DNA of 64,000 nt. Source: an uncultured Gammaproteobacteria bacterium. Lineage in GTDB: Bacteria > Patescibacteriota > Patescibacteriia > Magasanikbacterales > GWA2-37-8. Positions 39,215 through 49,926 of this stretch are shown here, piece by piece; position 1 is the first letter of the stretch; each line of letters opens with the position of its first letter. Location of the stretch: contig CAZQUL010000001.1 in the NCBI GenBank assembly GCA_964596525.1, positions 1,079,723 through 1,143,722 of the forward strand, written 5' to 3'. The notes under the pieces were generated by a model, which was given only the letters and a program-made list of their open reading frames with translations, did no database searches and was not told where the DNA came from. Made by a program: the position numbers and the translations under genes.

Positions 39215-39550
39215 ATGTCCACGGGATACATCATCCAGAACGCTACAATGTTGACGCTCGGTGATGACATCACCGGCCTTATCGGCACAATTGACAATGT
39301 CGTATTTACCTTCGACATCCGTTATTCAGCTGGGAGCCGGGAAATAACCTGGAACATCTTCCGCGGCACCGCTATTTTCCAAACTGCGGCCGTCAAAGCA
39401 AAGCATCTGTTCGTCCATCATAACGTGCAGGTACACATTCCGAGGTGCGTTTATACGCGTCTCGGCACGTACCGCGGAGCCGTTGACCGTATTGATTTGT
39501 CACGCCGGGAGTACCCGGGCATCTCGGGCCTACCGCGTATCATGCCCTAA
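39215..39550 (+). CDS. Hypothetical protein
   Basis: GGAGGT SD; hairpin at about 39557-39578 downstream. Confidence 0.5.
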   Translation: MSTGYIIQNATMLTLGDDITGLIGTIDNVVFTFDIRYSAGSREITWNIFRGTAIFQTAAVKAKHLFVHHNVQVHIPRCVYTRLGTYRGAVDRIDLSRREYPGISGLPRIMP

Positions 39551-39576
39551 AAAACCAACCCCGCCACGAGCGGGGT

Positions 39577-40671
39577 TTATACATAGTCCTGAAAGTAGCG
39601 AACGAGCCAGTTGACGATGCCGGTGCGTATACGCCGCTTTTTTTGGCCACTTTCGGCCACGTGCGCCGAGCGCGATTTCCATTCTTCGATCACCTGACGC
39701 AATGGCTCGACCAAACCCGGTTCCGTGAAGTACACGTCGGATTCGGCATTGGCGAAAAAACTGCGCTTCGTGAAATTGGAACTGCCGACAAGACCGGCTT
39801 CTCCATCAACCAAGAATCCCTTGGCATGGTTCATCTTAGGCAAGAGATAGATGGTTGCCCCGAGGCGCTCGGAGACTTCGAGGAAGTAGTACGCCATGTA
39901 GTCGAGGAAGCGGTGGTCAGAACGCAGCGGTGTGATGATTTCCACTTCCACACCCCGACGGCGCGCTTCCACGAGGGCGTTGAGGAATTTCTTGTACGGG
40001 ATGTAGTAGGGCGTGATGAGGGTGAATTTCTTTTGGGCGCGAGCAACGGCTTTAAGGTAAAACGAACGTACAAAGCGACGGTCTGACCCGCGGTGCGGTG
40101 CCATAGCGAGAAACATAAACCTCTCCCACCCCACCGGACGTTCGGACTTGGCACCGTCCGCCGAAAGGTACCGGCTAACTGCTGCCCGCTCACCACCCGA
40201 AGCTACGAATGTTTCGGCGAAGTCGCGGATAAGCGGCGCCACCACCGGACCATCGAGTCGTACATGCAGATCATTCCACTCGGTGGCAGTAAACGTAATA
40301 TTCACCCCACCCATGAAAGCCGTGATTTCATCGATGATGAGCACTTTGCGATGATTGCGATACCACAACCGAGCGACCCAGCGCATGAGGCGCCACTCGA
40401 AATGCACCGGATTGTAGAATAGCACCATCACCCCGGCAGCGCGCAGACGATCAATGGCGGTTTTGCTCAAAAATCGACCGCCGATGGTATCGACGATAAG
40501 TTTCACTTCCACGTTAGCCTGCGCTTTTTCCACCAAGAGATCGACAAACCGCTGACCGGCGCGATCGTCAGCAAAAATATACACCTCCCACAAGATGGAG
40601 CGAGTGGCGCCTTTGAGCGCTTCGTACATGGCGTTCCAGGCCGTTTGAGTTGTGCTGTAGAGTTCAAACAC
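39577..40671 (-). CDS. Cardiolipin synthase-like phospholipase D (ClsB-type, no N-terminal TM)
   Basis: Two HKD motifs (NHRKVLIID, NHAKGFLVD), ITPYYIP, GSSNF; GTG start after AGGAG. Confidence 0.85.
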   Translation of the reverse strand: MFELYSTTQTAWNAMYEALKGATRSILWEVYIFADDRAGQRFVDLLVEKAQANVEVKLIVDTIGGRFLSKTAIDRLRAAGVMVLFYNPVHFEWRLMRWVARLWYRNHRKVLIIDEITAFMGGVNITFTATEWNDLHVRLDGPVVAPLIRDFAETFVASGGERAAVSRYLSADGAKSERPVGWERFMFLAMAPHRGSDRRFVRSFYLKAVARAQKKFTLITPYYIPYKKFLNALVEARRRGVEVEIITPLRSDHRFLDYMAYYFLEVSERLGATIYLLPKMNHAKGFLVDGEAGLVGSSNFTKRSFFANAESDVYFTEPGLVEPLRQVIEEWKSRSAHVAESGQKKRRIRTGIVNWLVRYFQDYV

Positions 40672-40696
40672 AGTAGGACTCCTAACCAAAAGGATT

Positions 40697-41938
40697 TTAT
40701 TGATGTTCAACGCGATAGATTGCACCCGCTTTATCATCAGAGATGTAGAGCGCACTATCCGATCCCCACACTAAATCAACAGGGCGGCCGAAGGTTTCGT
40801 TTGGTTTAAGCCAACCGCTTATAAACGGTTCGGAGGAATAATACCGCCCGTTGGCATCTAATTTCAAGCGTACCACCTCATAACCTACCGGTTTAGTGCT
40901 ATTCCACGAGCCATGGAAAGCTACGAGGGCGTGGTAACGGTAACTTTCGGGCCAGGAACTATCCGGCGAAACGAATGTAATGCCAAGTGGGGCCACATGA
41001 GCCGGAAGGTTAACATGCGCCGGTGTAAAACGTGAACTAGCGCACGGATTGTTGACAGTATCGCGGTTGAACGCGGCGTCGCGCACATTGTTGCCATAAC
41101 ACCACGGCCAGCCGTAGTGCGCTCCCTCGGTAACAATGTTCACTTCGTCGGGCGGGGTGGTATTACCCAAAAAATCCCGGCCCATTTCGGTAACCCACAA
41201 GTTTTTGAGCGTCGGATGCCAGGCCATGAATACGGCATTGCGCAACCCTTCGGCAATGGTGCGGCGATCCGTACCATCAGGTTTGACAGACTCGATAGTT
41301 GCGAGGCGAGGTTCTTTTTCTACGCAGACATCACAGCTCGAACCAAGTGAAATATACAAACGCCCATCCGGACCGAAACTGAGCGTGCGCGTGGTGTGGC
41401 GGCCACCAGCGGGAAAATCGAGAATTTTTACCGGCGAACTAGAGGTGTACACTTCGAGCCGGTAGAGCGCGGTTTCGGTGGCGATATAGAGATTTGAAGG
41501 GTGTGACGGGTCAAACGCGAGACCGTGCGGTTTGCGGAGGTTTTTGAGCACCACTTCCCTGTCCACCACACGACCACGCGAGATATCGAGACGGACAAGC
41601 GTTCCCTGGTTGAGGAGCGTTACCCAAAGATTGCCAAGTTCGTCGAACGCTATAACGCGCGCACCCGGAAGATCGGCAGCGAATGCCTGGATAGTGAATC
41701 CGGCAGGAACGGTGAGTGGTACCGCGGGCAGGGGTTCGCGCATGGTAGTCGAAGCGTTCGGAGCAGAACTCGTGGCGACCGTCGTGGTAGACGGAACATA
41801 TTTCCAGATTGGCGTACGGGGTGACCGCCAGGCTACGTAGGCTCCGTAGAGCGCCGGATACGCATACCACAACGCCATACCGATGGCTACAATCAGAACA
41901 AATCCCAAAATAGCAACAAAACGTTTGTTCATACGCAT
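40697..41938 (-). CDS. Glucose/sorbosone dehydrogenase-family beta-propeller protein, membrane-anchored
   Basis: PHGLAF, FGPDGRLY, GSSCD, GLRNA, YGWP, HGSWN, GRPVD, SDD. Confidence 0.85.
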   Translation of the reverse strand: MRMNKRFVAILGFVLIVAIGMALWYAYPALYGAYVAWRSPRTPIWKYVPSTTTVATSSAPNASTTMREPLPAVPLTVPAGFTIQAFAADLPGARVIAFDELGNLWVTLLNQGTLVRLDISRGRVVDREVVLKNLRKPHGLAFDPSHPSNLYIATETALYRLEVYTSSSPVKILDFPAGGRHTTRTLSFGPDGRLYISLGSSCDVCVEKEPRLATIESVKPDGTDRRTIAEGLRNAVFMAWHPTLKNLWVTEMGRDFLGNTTPPDEVNIVTEGAHYGWPWCYGNNVRDAAFNRDTVNNPCASSRFTPAHVNLPAHVAPLGITFVSPDSSWPESYRYHALVAFHGSWNSTKPVGYEVVRLKLDANGRYYSSEPFISGWLKPNETFGRPVDLVWGSDSALYISDDKAGAIYRVEHQ

Positions 41939-41956
41939 ATAGGTAGTGACGAAGGA

Positions 41957-44900
41957 TTAGCTGACGAATTGATTCGCCTCTTCTTCGATAATTTGAGCGA
42001 TATTAAGCGGCGTGCCACGAGCGAGATCGGGTAATAAGCGGCGCATGCGTTCGCGGATATTTTTTTCCAAGTCCGGCCGGCGATACTCAGGAACGAAGGC
42101 TTTTACCGCTTCATCCTGGGCAATCATCTCTGGCAATTCGTTCCAAGCTTTAACCGCGGTATCGACCCAGGTATCGGTGGCTGCGAGCCCAAGCTCACCT
42201 ACTTCGCGAGAGCGGGCCAAATTTTTTACACGTGAAAGCAGATCAACGAGTTGTTTCTCGTACGCCGGGCGCTGCCAACCCATCTGAATATCTGCCTGCT
42301 GTATTTTAGTACCCGCTTCGACGAATATTCTCTTGGTCTCAGCTTTCTTTGTGGACAGACGGGCGCTGCGTTCCGCTTTACTTTTTTCTGTCTCAGCTTT
42401 ACCAGCTACTGCGGTTTCGGGAATGGCATTGATGATATTGATCATGAAGTCAATCTGTTCACGAAGCGCTTTCTTGAAACCTTTGATATCGGCAACCATT
42501 GCTTCTCTGGTTTCAAAGGATTCTTCGTATTTACGCTGCTCTCGGTCGCGCGTCATAAACTCCTCGCTACGCGGACGAAGATCGGCTTTACTTATTGCTT
42601 GAGCCCCACGCTCTGGAACCCCTTCCTTTTTCTGGCCGAACGACAAACCAGACGTAAGACGTTTATGCGCCACGCGCACCTCGGTTTCCAAGCGGGAAAC
42701 ATCGTCTTTAAATAAAGCTGGTTCAACTATCGAACCGTGCGTTCGTCCGGTTTCTATCGTATCTCTAAGCGCCTTTAAACGGTCGTAGAAATCAGCGCGT
42801 TCATACACCGCCTTTCCAAAAGCCGAGGACTCGAGCATACGTTCGATATCAACGCAACGCACTTTAAACGGCTCTATTTCCTGGTACACTTCGGCCATTT
42901 TTTTCTTACGGTATTCAAGGGCATCTTCGATTCGTTCCAGTATTGCCAATGCGGATTGAGGGTTGGGAGCAGTAGCTAGCTGCTCGGAATTAAAATCATA
43001 GAGCAGTGTGCTGTTTTTGAACACGTAATCTTTAGCAAGACGAAAATCCCGAATCAACGTATTGCTAGGATCACCCAAAAATCCGTACTCACGCCGCAGC
43101 TTGTAATTTTTCTCGTCGCTTAGACGCTCGAGCATTGTGCCCACCCGGCGCATGGCGGCAACCGCTTCGGCAGAGCGTTCCTCCGCTTCTTTACGCTGCT
43201 TCTCTTGGCGCGCCAGGTCCTCCTGGCGCTGATGCATGTCGGCCAAGGATCTTTCTGCCTGCTCACGCGTGCTGTAATATGCGCTAACGACTTTGGTTGT
43301 ACCCTCAAGGTATATCATATTGACGCCCGGGTACGCGAGAAGCGGGCGATCTTTAAAATCAATACCGAATTCCTGCGCTCGATGTGGCAACTTATCGATA
43401 GAATCCGGGGCAACAAAATCACGTAGGTTACCGAGCATTTCTGGGGCCGGTTTAGTCCAAGTCAGCCACATCTGTTCGCGCTCCGAGGCAAATAAGCGCT
43501 CCTGCATTTTTTCGAGTTCACCAGCTTCCCTAGTCAGGCTCGACTCATAATAACTACGGAAAGGACTTCTCTTCTGGTACACGTCGCATGATACCTGAAC
43601 GGTTGCCTGCTTTTCTGGCAATCCCAATTTCGGCAAATCCGCTTTTCTAAGTTTAAATAGGAATTCTTGGGACGGCAGGTTAATAACGGCCCGGTAGCCC
43701 CCCTGTGCGTCAAGGTAATAGTCTACACGGCACACTTCTCCCTTAAGAGGCACTTCGGTCGGGCAGTACTCACGAACCATGTCGAGCTGCTCTTCGGAAC
43801 AAATTTCATCCTTTGGCACAACAAGATCACGGCTATGCTTTTCAACTCCAGCAAGATCTTCAATGCCAAGCTCAGCCAATTTTTTACGATACCATTCCTC
43901 TAAATCGGGAACTTCTACAACTCCCCCGCTCAATTCTACAAACGGCTGCACTTCTTTGATAGCCTGATAGTTGTCGCGAATGAATCGCAGTGCTGGTTTT
44001 TTGTCCGCAATAAATGCACCTTCCCCGGCAGCAAACGTGCGAGCGAGCACTTCTCGCGCTTTTTCCTGCGGAAGTTCGCGCTTACGCTCGCCAACACGAA
44101 TGGCGGAGCGCTTAAGGAAGACCGGTACTTCTTCGACGACCGTGCCGGTTTCCCACGACAGATGCGGTTCGGTATTCCCACCATGAGCCCCCTGCCGCTC
44201 TTCGGTAAGATGCGGCACCATTTCGGCAATTAGTTCGCGGGGAACAGGATGAATCATACGGACATAAGCACGCGGCGCTTCACGGTCGTCTTCACGCCCT
44301 TGAGCGTCTTCTGGCGTATCGCTTATAAACAACTCGGGAGGAGAACCCGCACCTTCTGACGACGAGGAAATCAAAATGGACTTATGTTCAGCACCACCAA
44401 CACGAACATACCGGGCCACACGACCACGTCCATAGCTATCCGCCCCCCGATACGCCAAACGATCGGCATGGCTCGCGAGAAGTGCTCGTGTAAGATTTTC
44501 GAGTTTTTCTTCGCCCGGAGTTTTGGGTTTTTTATTTTCAAAACGAGTTATGCCCCCTACATCACGCGGTTCTTCTTCGTCCTCATCGTTATACCCTGCC
44601 TTATCGTCTGGGAATACATCATCAAGGCGCTTTCTCATCGCTTCCCAATCGAAATCAAGCTTTTCACGCTCCCCGGCAGCAATTTTTGTTTCTGCGGCTT
44701 TAAGGGCATCCGGCGCGTATTTCATGAAGTCTTGCAGACGCGCCGCGGCATGCAGCATGGCTTCGCATTTTACGTAGCGCTGGCGGCACCAGTTTTCAAA
44801 CGACCGTCGAGCGTACATACCCGAGGGCGAGCGGTCGGTCCGCAGCGCTTCCGCCAAACCGTTTTCAAGCGCGACTTTAAACAGTTTGAGGAGTTTGAAG

Positions 44901-46600
44901 TAATCGGAATTGCCGACTTTAAAGCATTCTTGCGCTTTGGCTACCTGTTTACGCGCTGCTTCGATTTTTTCTTTTTTATCCCGCCCGGGCGCTACCGCGA
45001 TATCCGCATCGCTTGGCCCGACAAAAAGACGGTCTTCGCGCATAAAAGCCGCCAAGGCTAAGGCTTCTTCCAAACACTTATGCCGTTCTCCTTCCAAAAC
45101 CAAAAGGGCGGTATGAGGTTCAAAATGATCGAGCTTCATCATTTCTACGCCGCGAGCGGTAGTACGATCGGCTTCGTCAATTGCCCCCAGCAGACGGAGT
45201 TCCTGTTCGCCACGCGCAATACTGCCTTGTTCTGGCGGATGACGGAAATAAAAACTCTTCGGATCGCGGCCCATGGCCCTAATCTTTAAAATAGGATGCG
45301 CAAGATTGGCATGAAGTATTTCCGGTTCAGGAAATTCCGGCAAACGATCGTACACCTCTTTGGGTTCGATACAATAGTAAGCGCCCTCTGCCGTGCGACC
45401 GCTCCGACCTGCGCGCTGTTTGGCCTGCATGCGGGAAATAAAGGTAGTGCCTTTGTGCACCATCCCGTCATGCGAATCAAAGCGCGCCGAGCGTTCACGG
45501 AGCGTATCGACCACATGACGAATACCTGGGCGTGTAATGGATGTTTCCGCGACGTTCGTAGCCACGACGATGCTGCGCCGATCATGCCGGGTACTGCTTA
45601 AACCCAAAGCATATGCGCGTTCGGCCGGACTCATTTGGCCATGCAGGCCGAGGATTTCAAAATCGGACACGTGCTTAAGGCGGTTCGTGACATAGCGAAT
45701 TTCGGATGGACCGGGAACAAAGACTAACGTATCGCCTTCTTTAGTATCGTGCACCACCTGGCTCACAAGATTAACCGTGCGGTCGAGGTAATTGCGTCCG
45801 TATTCGGGTCGGGCAGGGTCGAATTCGGCCTGCGCTTCGGGATCGGCGAAATGTTCGGTAATACGATGCTTACGTCCCTCGATGGAGAAAAAGCGTTCCT
45901 TTCCTACACCGAAAAACTGTCCGGTCTGCTCTTTATCCATAGTCGCGCTCATCATAAGTGCCAGAGGCAGCTCATTCTTTGCGCGCAGTTCTTTGGCAAT
46001 GCCGAGCACAAGGTCATAATCGAGGCTCGCTTGATGCACTTCGTCGATGATAATGCCGCCGATTTCACGGGGATTGATGTACCCGCTTTTCAGGTAGCGC
46101 AAAAAAATGCCCGGCGTTACGACGCTGATTTTACTGAAAGGCTTTACCATGTTCGCCTCTGCCGTGGAATACCCCACATCTTTGCCAAACGGTACGCCCA
46201 TCACGGCTGCCACGTTTTCGCTCGACTGGCGCGCGGCATCTTTGCGCGGCTGCATGACGATGATTTTCTCCGGTCGTTTCAAATCACGCAAGGCGTTCAT
46301 CATGGCCACCGGACCATAAATTGATTTACCCACACCCGTTTCACCTTCCAAAAGAAGCACACCATCGGTCTCAGCCGCAGCGGTAAGGGCACGGGCTACG
46401 TCGGGCATTTTTTCGGCCATCGGCAGGCGCTGCTCTTCGATGCGCGCTTTGAGCGCTCGCTGGCGTTCGGGCACGGAGAAATACTCGTACTCCCGCCGTT
46501 CTTCGCCAGGCTCAACATTTTCGTCAGAATTTTCACCACCGTAGTCCTGTCCTTCGGCGCGGGTAGCCGGACGACGATGAGTAAAAAAAGATTCAGCCAT
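41957..46600 (-). CDS. HrpA/HrpB-like DExH-box helicase with long C-terminal extension
   Basis: GETGVGKS, QPRK, DEVH, SAT, FVPG, TNVAETSIT, QRAGRSGR plus an HA2-like region; 1547 aa. Confidence 0.85.
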   Translation of the reverse strand: MAESFFTHRRPATRAEGQDYGGENSDENVEPGEERREYEYFSVPERQRALKARIEEQRLPMAEKMPDVARALTAAAETDGVLLLEGETGVGKSIYGPVAMMNALRDLKRPEKIIVMQPRKDAARQSSENVAAVMGVPFGKDVGYSTAEANMVKPFSKISVVTPGIFLRYLKSGYINPREIGGIIIDEVHQASLDYDLVLGIAKELRAKNELPLALMMSATMDKEQTGQFFGVGKERFFSIEGRKHRITEHFADPEAQAEFDPARPEYGRNYLDRTVNLVSQVVHDTKEGDTLVFVPGPSEIRYVTNRLKHVSDFEILGLHGQMSPAERAYALGLSSTRHDRRSIVVATNVAETSITRPGIRHVVDTLRERSARFDSHDGMVHKGTTFISRMQAKQRAGRSGRTAEGAYYCIEPKEVYDRLPEFPEPEILHANLAHPILKIRAMGRDPKSFYFRHPPEQGSIARGEQELRLLGAIDEADRTTARGVEMMKLDHFEPHTALLVLEGERHKCLEEALALAAFMREDRLFVGPSDADIAVAPGRDKKEKIEAARKQVAKAQECFKVGNSDYFKLLKLFKVALENGLAEALRTDRSPSGMYARRSFENWCRQRYVKCEAMLHAAARLQDFMKYAPDALKAAETKIAAGEREKLDFDWEAMRKRLDDVFPDDKAGYNDEDEEEPRDVGGITRFENKKPKTPGEEKLENLTRALLASHADRLAYRGADSYGRGRVARYVRVGGAEHKSILISSSSEGAGSPPELFISDTPEDAQGREDDREAPRAYVRMIHPVPRELIAEMVPHLTEERQGAHGGNTEPHLSWETGTVVEEVPVFLKRSAIRVGERKRELPQEKAREVLARTFAAGEGAFIADKKPALRFIRDNYQAIKEVQPFVELSGGVVEVPDLEEWYRKKLAELGIEDLAGVEKHSRDLVVPKDEICSEEQLDMVREYCPTEVPLKGEVCRVDYYLDAQGGYRAVINLPSQEFLFKLRKADLPKLGLPEKQATVQVSCDVYQKRSPFRSYYESSLTREAGELEKMQERLFASEREQMWLTWTKPAPEMLGNLRDFVAPDSIDKLPHRAQEFGIDFKDRPLLAYPGVNMIYLEGTTKVVSAYYSTREQAERSLADMHQRQEDLARQEKQRKEAEERSAEAVAAMRRVGTMLERLSDEKNYKLRREYGFLGDPSNTLIRDFRLAKDYVFKNSTLLYDFNSEQLATAPNPQSALAILERIEDALEYRKKKMAEVYQEIEPFKVRCVDIERMLESSAFGKAVYERADFYDRLKALRDTIETGRTHGSIVEPALFKDDVSRLETEVRVAHKRLTSGLSFGQKKEGVPERGAQAISKADLRPRSEEFMTRDREQRKYEESFETREAMVADIKGFKKALREQIDFMINIINAIPETAVAGKAETEKSKAERSARLSTKKAETKRIFVEAGTKIQQADIQMGWQRPAYEKQLVDLLSRVKNLARSREVGELGLAATDTWVDTAVKAWNELPEMIAQDEAVKAFVPEYRRPDLEKNIRERMRRLLPDLARGTPLNIAQIIEEEANQFVS

Positions 46601-46609
46601 AAAGAAAAC

Positions 46610-47203
46610 TTAGGAATGACGATAGATAAGAGGGAGCCCTGCCGCAAGAACCGCATCGGCCGCAAGCATGACCGGAAGCACCGGCGCTTCACCTTGCATA
46701 AACACTTCATCAACATCGCGCATCCGCTCGCGGATACGTTTCATGAATTCTTTCAACCGATCCTCCCGGCGAGCAGCTTGCACACCCGACCATACTATAG
46801 CGAGATCAATACTGGCTTCGCTGCCCTGTTCAACGGGCGGCATCTTTTCGTACTCGTGTAGATCCCGCTCTGTAACCACGAAGGGGAGTTCTACCGTCGG
46901 CGGGTGGATGAAATACCGAGGATCAAGCCGCGAAAAAATCAGATATGAGCGGGGTGCATCGGTCCGTTCGCGCCAGGTTAAATCTGTTACGCGGTTGCGC
47001 AGTACTTTAAAAAGTGGAATGGATAGCGCAGACGAAACTTCACCAACAAGCTCGAGCGGCCCACTACCCACTTCGTCGCCAATTTTTTTGACAATTTGAT
47101 CGATGCGTTCGGGTGTAAGTACGGCACGCGACAAAGCCGGCGCAGACAACGACAGAGTCCGATAGACAATCAATTCTTCGCCACGAAGCAAGGCGGTCGA
47201 CAT
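46610..47203 (-). CDS. Hypothetical protein
   Basis: ORF fills the gap between NRAMP and helicase genes with about 10-bp spacings. Confidence 0.6.
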   Translation of the reverse strand: MSTALLRGEELIVYRTLSLSAPALSRAVLTPERIDQIVKKIGDEVGSGPLELVGEVSSALSIPLFKVLRNRVTDLTWRERTDAPRSYLIFSRLDPRYFIHPPTVELPFVVTERDLHEYEKMPPVEQGSEASIDLAIVWSGVQAARREDRLKEFMKRIRERMRDVDEVFMQGEAPVLPVMLAADAVLAAGLPLIYRHS

Positions 47204-47213
47204 ACGTAAAAAA

Positions 47214-48623
47214 TTAGACGAATAGTTTTTTGAACGCATCCACGAGCGTTACTGCGCTGAACACCCCAAAAATAAGAAATGCGAGCCCAAGGCCAACACG
47301 ACGCCACAACGCCGGCTGGACGCTCGCAGGCAAAGTACGGTAATTGAGCACACTCACCAACGCGATATGGACAAACATGGCAAACGCGTTCGCCACCGCT
47401 CCTAGCACGATAAGTGATTTAGGATCAGCGGTGGTAAACAAGAGAAGCGCACTACCGACCGCGATCTGCAACCAGACGACGATGGCGTACCAGCGCGACA
47501 GATTGAAATACCCCTGCTCCTTGCGCTTAAGATGCTGCAATGCAATATTTTCGGCAATGATGCGTGACGTGGAATCGAGCACGCCGAGCTGGGTTTGAAA
47601 AAGCATTACACCGACCACTGCCAAGAAACTCACACCCACCCACGGACCAATTCGCTCGGCAAGAGTAGCACCTTCGGTGATGACAAAGTGGATCCCTTCA
47701 CGGTTGGAAGGTGCGCCGTACGCTGTCGCATATGCCAGGAGCATAAGCAGCGCCATGGCCCACGCGCCCAAAAAGAAAAACACGAAGCCATGTTCAGTGT
47801 TTATTTTCCGCCACCATTGTTTGAACATGTTTACTTCGGAGGGCGTGTCGGCCATCGTTTCTCCGGCCAGACGAATAAACTGCGGCTTCTTAAGGCCAGA
47901 AAAAAGCCCGGCGATTTTCTCCGCATAACGACCCATGCCGTATCCCTTTTCTTTCACATAAACTGACTGCGCTAAGTTTAAATTGCCGGCCGCGCCCGAA
48001 TACGCAAAAGCGCCAAAAAACGTCGCGATACTCATGCCGGACGGAAAAAACCAGTACCCTTCTCCCCTACCAGCGAGACCCCAAGCGAGCGCTGCCCAGT
48101 CCGTGTGGCGGGCCACCACAAAAGTGAGCACAATCAAAAACGGCAAACCGCAAAAAATGATTATCCGTGTCAGACCTTCTACAAGCGTATACACATGCCG
48201 CCCGACACTAAGGATGAGACCGATAACAACCAGGAGTACGGCCGCAAGCGGTCGATACTGTGTAATGCCGATAAGCGATGCAAAAACTTGGGCCGATGCG
48301 CCAATGATACCTGGCAGCGCAAAACCCAGAAACGTTGAACCCATAAACCACCACGTCGTCCACGGGTACCGTGCCGAGAGCCCCACGAATACGCTCTCGC
48401 CTTTTACCAGCGCATAGCGCTCGATTTCCATGTTAATGAGAAACTGCAAGCCAATACCCAACACCGCCCCCCAAGCGATTCCCAACCCATAATTTGCCGC
48501 AAGATACGGCCACAAAATAACCTCACCCGACCCCAGACCAAGCGCTAGCATGATAAAACTTGGGCCAAGCAGTTTTGTAAGTGACGGCGCGGGCGGCATG
48601 GGCTTAACGAGCTGTACGGACAT
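47214..48623 (-). CDS. NRAMP-family divalent metal transporter-like protein
   Basis: LGPSF..LGSGEVILWP, NMEIERY..GES, multi-TM. Confidence 0.85.
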   Translation of the reverse strand: MSVQLVKPMPPAPSLTKLLGPSFIMLALGLGSGEVILWPYLAANYGLGIAWGAVLGIGLQFLINMEIERYALVKGESVFVGLSARYPWTTWWFMGSTFLGFALPGIIGASAQVFASLIGITQYRPLAAVLLVVIGLILSVGRHVYTLVEGLTRIIIFCGLPFLIVLTFVVARHTDWAALAWGLAGRGEGYWFFPSGMSIATFFGAFAYSGAAGNLNLAQSVYVKEKGYGMGRYAEKIAGLFSGLKKPQFIRLAGETMADTPSEVNMFKQWWRKINTEHGFVFFFLGAWAMALLMLLAYATAYGAPSNREGIHFVITEGATLAERIGPWVGVSFLAVVGVMLFQTQLGVLDSTSRIIAENIALQHLKRKEQGYFNLSRWYAIVVWLQIAVGSALLLFTTADPKSLIVLGAVANAFAMFVHIALVSVLNYRTLPASVQPALWRRVGLGLAFLIFGVFSAVTLVDAFKKLFV

Positions 48624-48783
48624 ACAAACAAACACGAGAAATAGTTATCTTAGAATACCACAAAAAATCAGTAGTGTCAGGCAGATTTTTACTATCAAAA
48701 ACCTTCGCATTAGACTTGAAAAAACGTGTTTTAATCCTAAAAAGCCACCCACCTACAAGCTGCCAGCTTATCCTCGCCAACTA

Positions 48784-48812
48784 TTGACACAAGGCACGAA
48801 TTATGATATAGT
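48784..48812 (+). promoter_or_regulatory. sigma70 promoter
   Basis: TTGACA-17bp-TATAGT with extended TG. Confidence 0.7.
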
Positions 48813-48928
48813 TGCTTATTAAAAATAAGCCATTTGTGGCTTAAAATCATGGTTTATCGATGCAGAAGCACCCTTCTTCATCGGCCAATCATGGCCTGTG
48901 TTCATTCACATCATCTGGGAGATACCCG

Positions 48929-49909
48929 ATGCCGAAGTACTTGACGAACCTACTCCTTCTGGGAGTGATCATCGTCATCATGGCTACGAACACCGCGGCA
49001 GCGCAAAAAATCTGCCACGTGGAAAGGAACAAGCAAGGAAAAGTAACCATGAGCATGGTAGTGGTGTCGGAAAGCTCGCCGTGCCCTGACCACATGGTCG
49101 AGTATCGACGCGTCGAGGACCCGCACTACACCACCAACAAAACCGATCGAAATCTGGCCAAAGGACTCACCTCCGCATTGGCCTGGAAGGATGGCAAAAA
49201 CATCGGACAGCTCCACACCGAGTGCGTGGCCCGCTGGGGAGATAAGAGAACGTTCTTCAAGAATCACTACCAGCACGGTATGTTCGACAAAGAGTACATC
49301 GAAGCGGTTTGGATCGCTAACCAGGACCTGATCATGTCCTTGCAAAGCTTCCATGCCCGGCGTAACAAGCTCTTCGAACTTGCAGCTGCCCAAAAAGGCT
49401 TCGCGGATCGTGAATCCAGCAACTACCCGTGCTCCACGTCGAGCGCGGGTGCGTGGGGACTTATGCAAGTCGTCGAAAGCTCGTACAAGAGCGAGTGTCG
49501 AACACTCGGCATCCTGGGAACGACCGACAAACGCAACCTGCCGAACCCCTACGGCACCACTGCCAAAGATATCGCCTGCGGCGCGTTTGAACTCCGCTTC
49601 AAGCTCGAGTACGTAGCGGGCAAGGTGCGCCAAGGGCACGCCGGTGGCGTTCGCCTCGATCCTTCGCGGATCGTGGAGTACTGGGCGGCAGCGTACAACG
49701 CCGGTACAGCCGAATTCCACAGCCGAAACCTTGGCTGGGGCGGCTGGCTCCGCAACCCTACAGGAAGGAGTGACATCGGCGACTACGCACGAAAAGTCGC
49801 CCAAAGCAGACAGCACCACCTCTCAGACTCCCGCTGGTTCGACACCCACGTGTCGCCCTCGGGAGACCTCAACCAAATCTACTTCGCGCTCAAAGCAGGC
49901 GTGCGGTAG
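48929..49909 (+). CDS. Secreted SLT-like lytic transglycosylase
   Basis: Signal peptide; RES, SSAGAWGLMQ and AAYNAG motifs; terminator at about 49915-49940. Confidence 0.8.
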   Translation: MPKYLTNLLLLGVIIVIMATNTAAAQKICHVERNKQGKVTMSMVVVSESSPCPDHMVEYRRVEDPHYTTNKTDRNLAKGLTSALAWKDGKNIGQLHTECVARWGDKRTFFKNHYQHGMFDKEYIEAVWIANQDLIMSLQSFHARRNKLFELAAAQKGFADRESSNYPCSTSSAGAWGLMQVVESSYKSECRTLGILGTTDKRNLPNPYGTTAKDIACGAFELRFKLEYVAGKVRQGHAGGVRLDPSRIVEYWAAAYNAGTAEFHSRNLGWGGWLRNPTGRSDIGDYARKVAQSRQHHLSDSRWFDTHVSPSGDLNQIYFALKAGVR

Positions 49910-49926
49910 TGGCGAGCGGCCTTGCC

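Noticed and set aside
39157-40755. ORF-track N-terminal extensions of rarA and the cls-like gene, suggesting gene overlaps
   Set aside because: Better starts at 39156 and 40671 remove the overlaps; the extensions have no family-like sequence.
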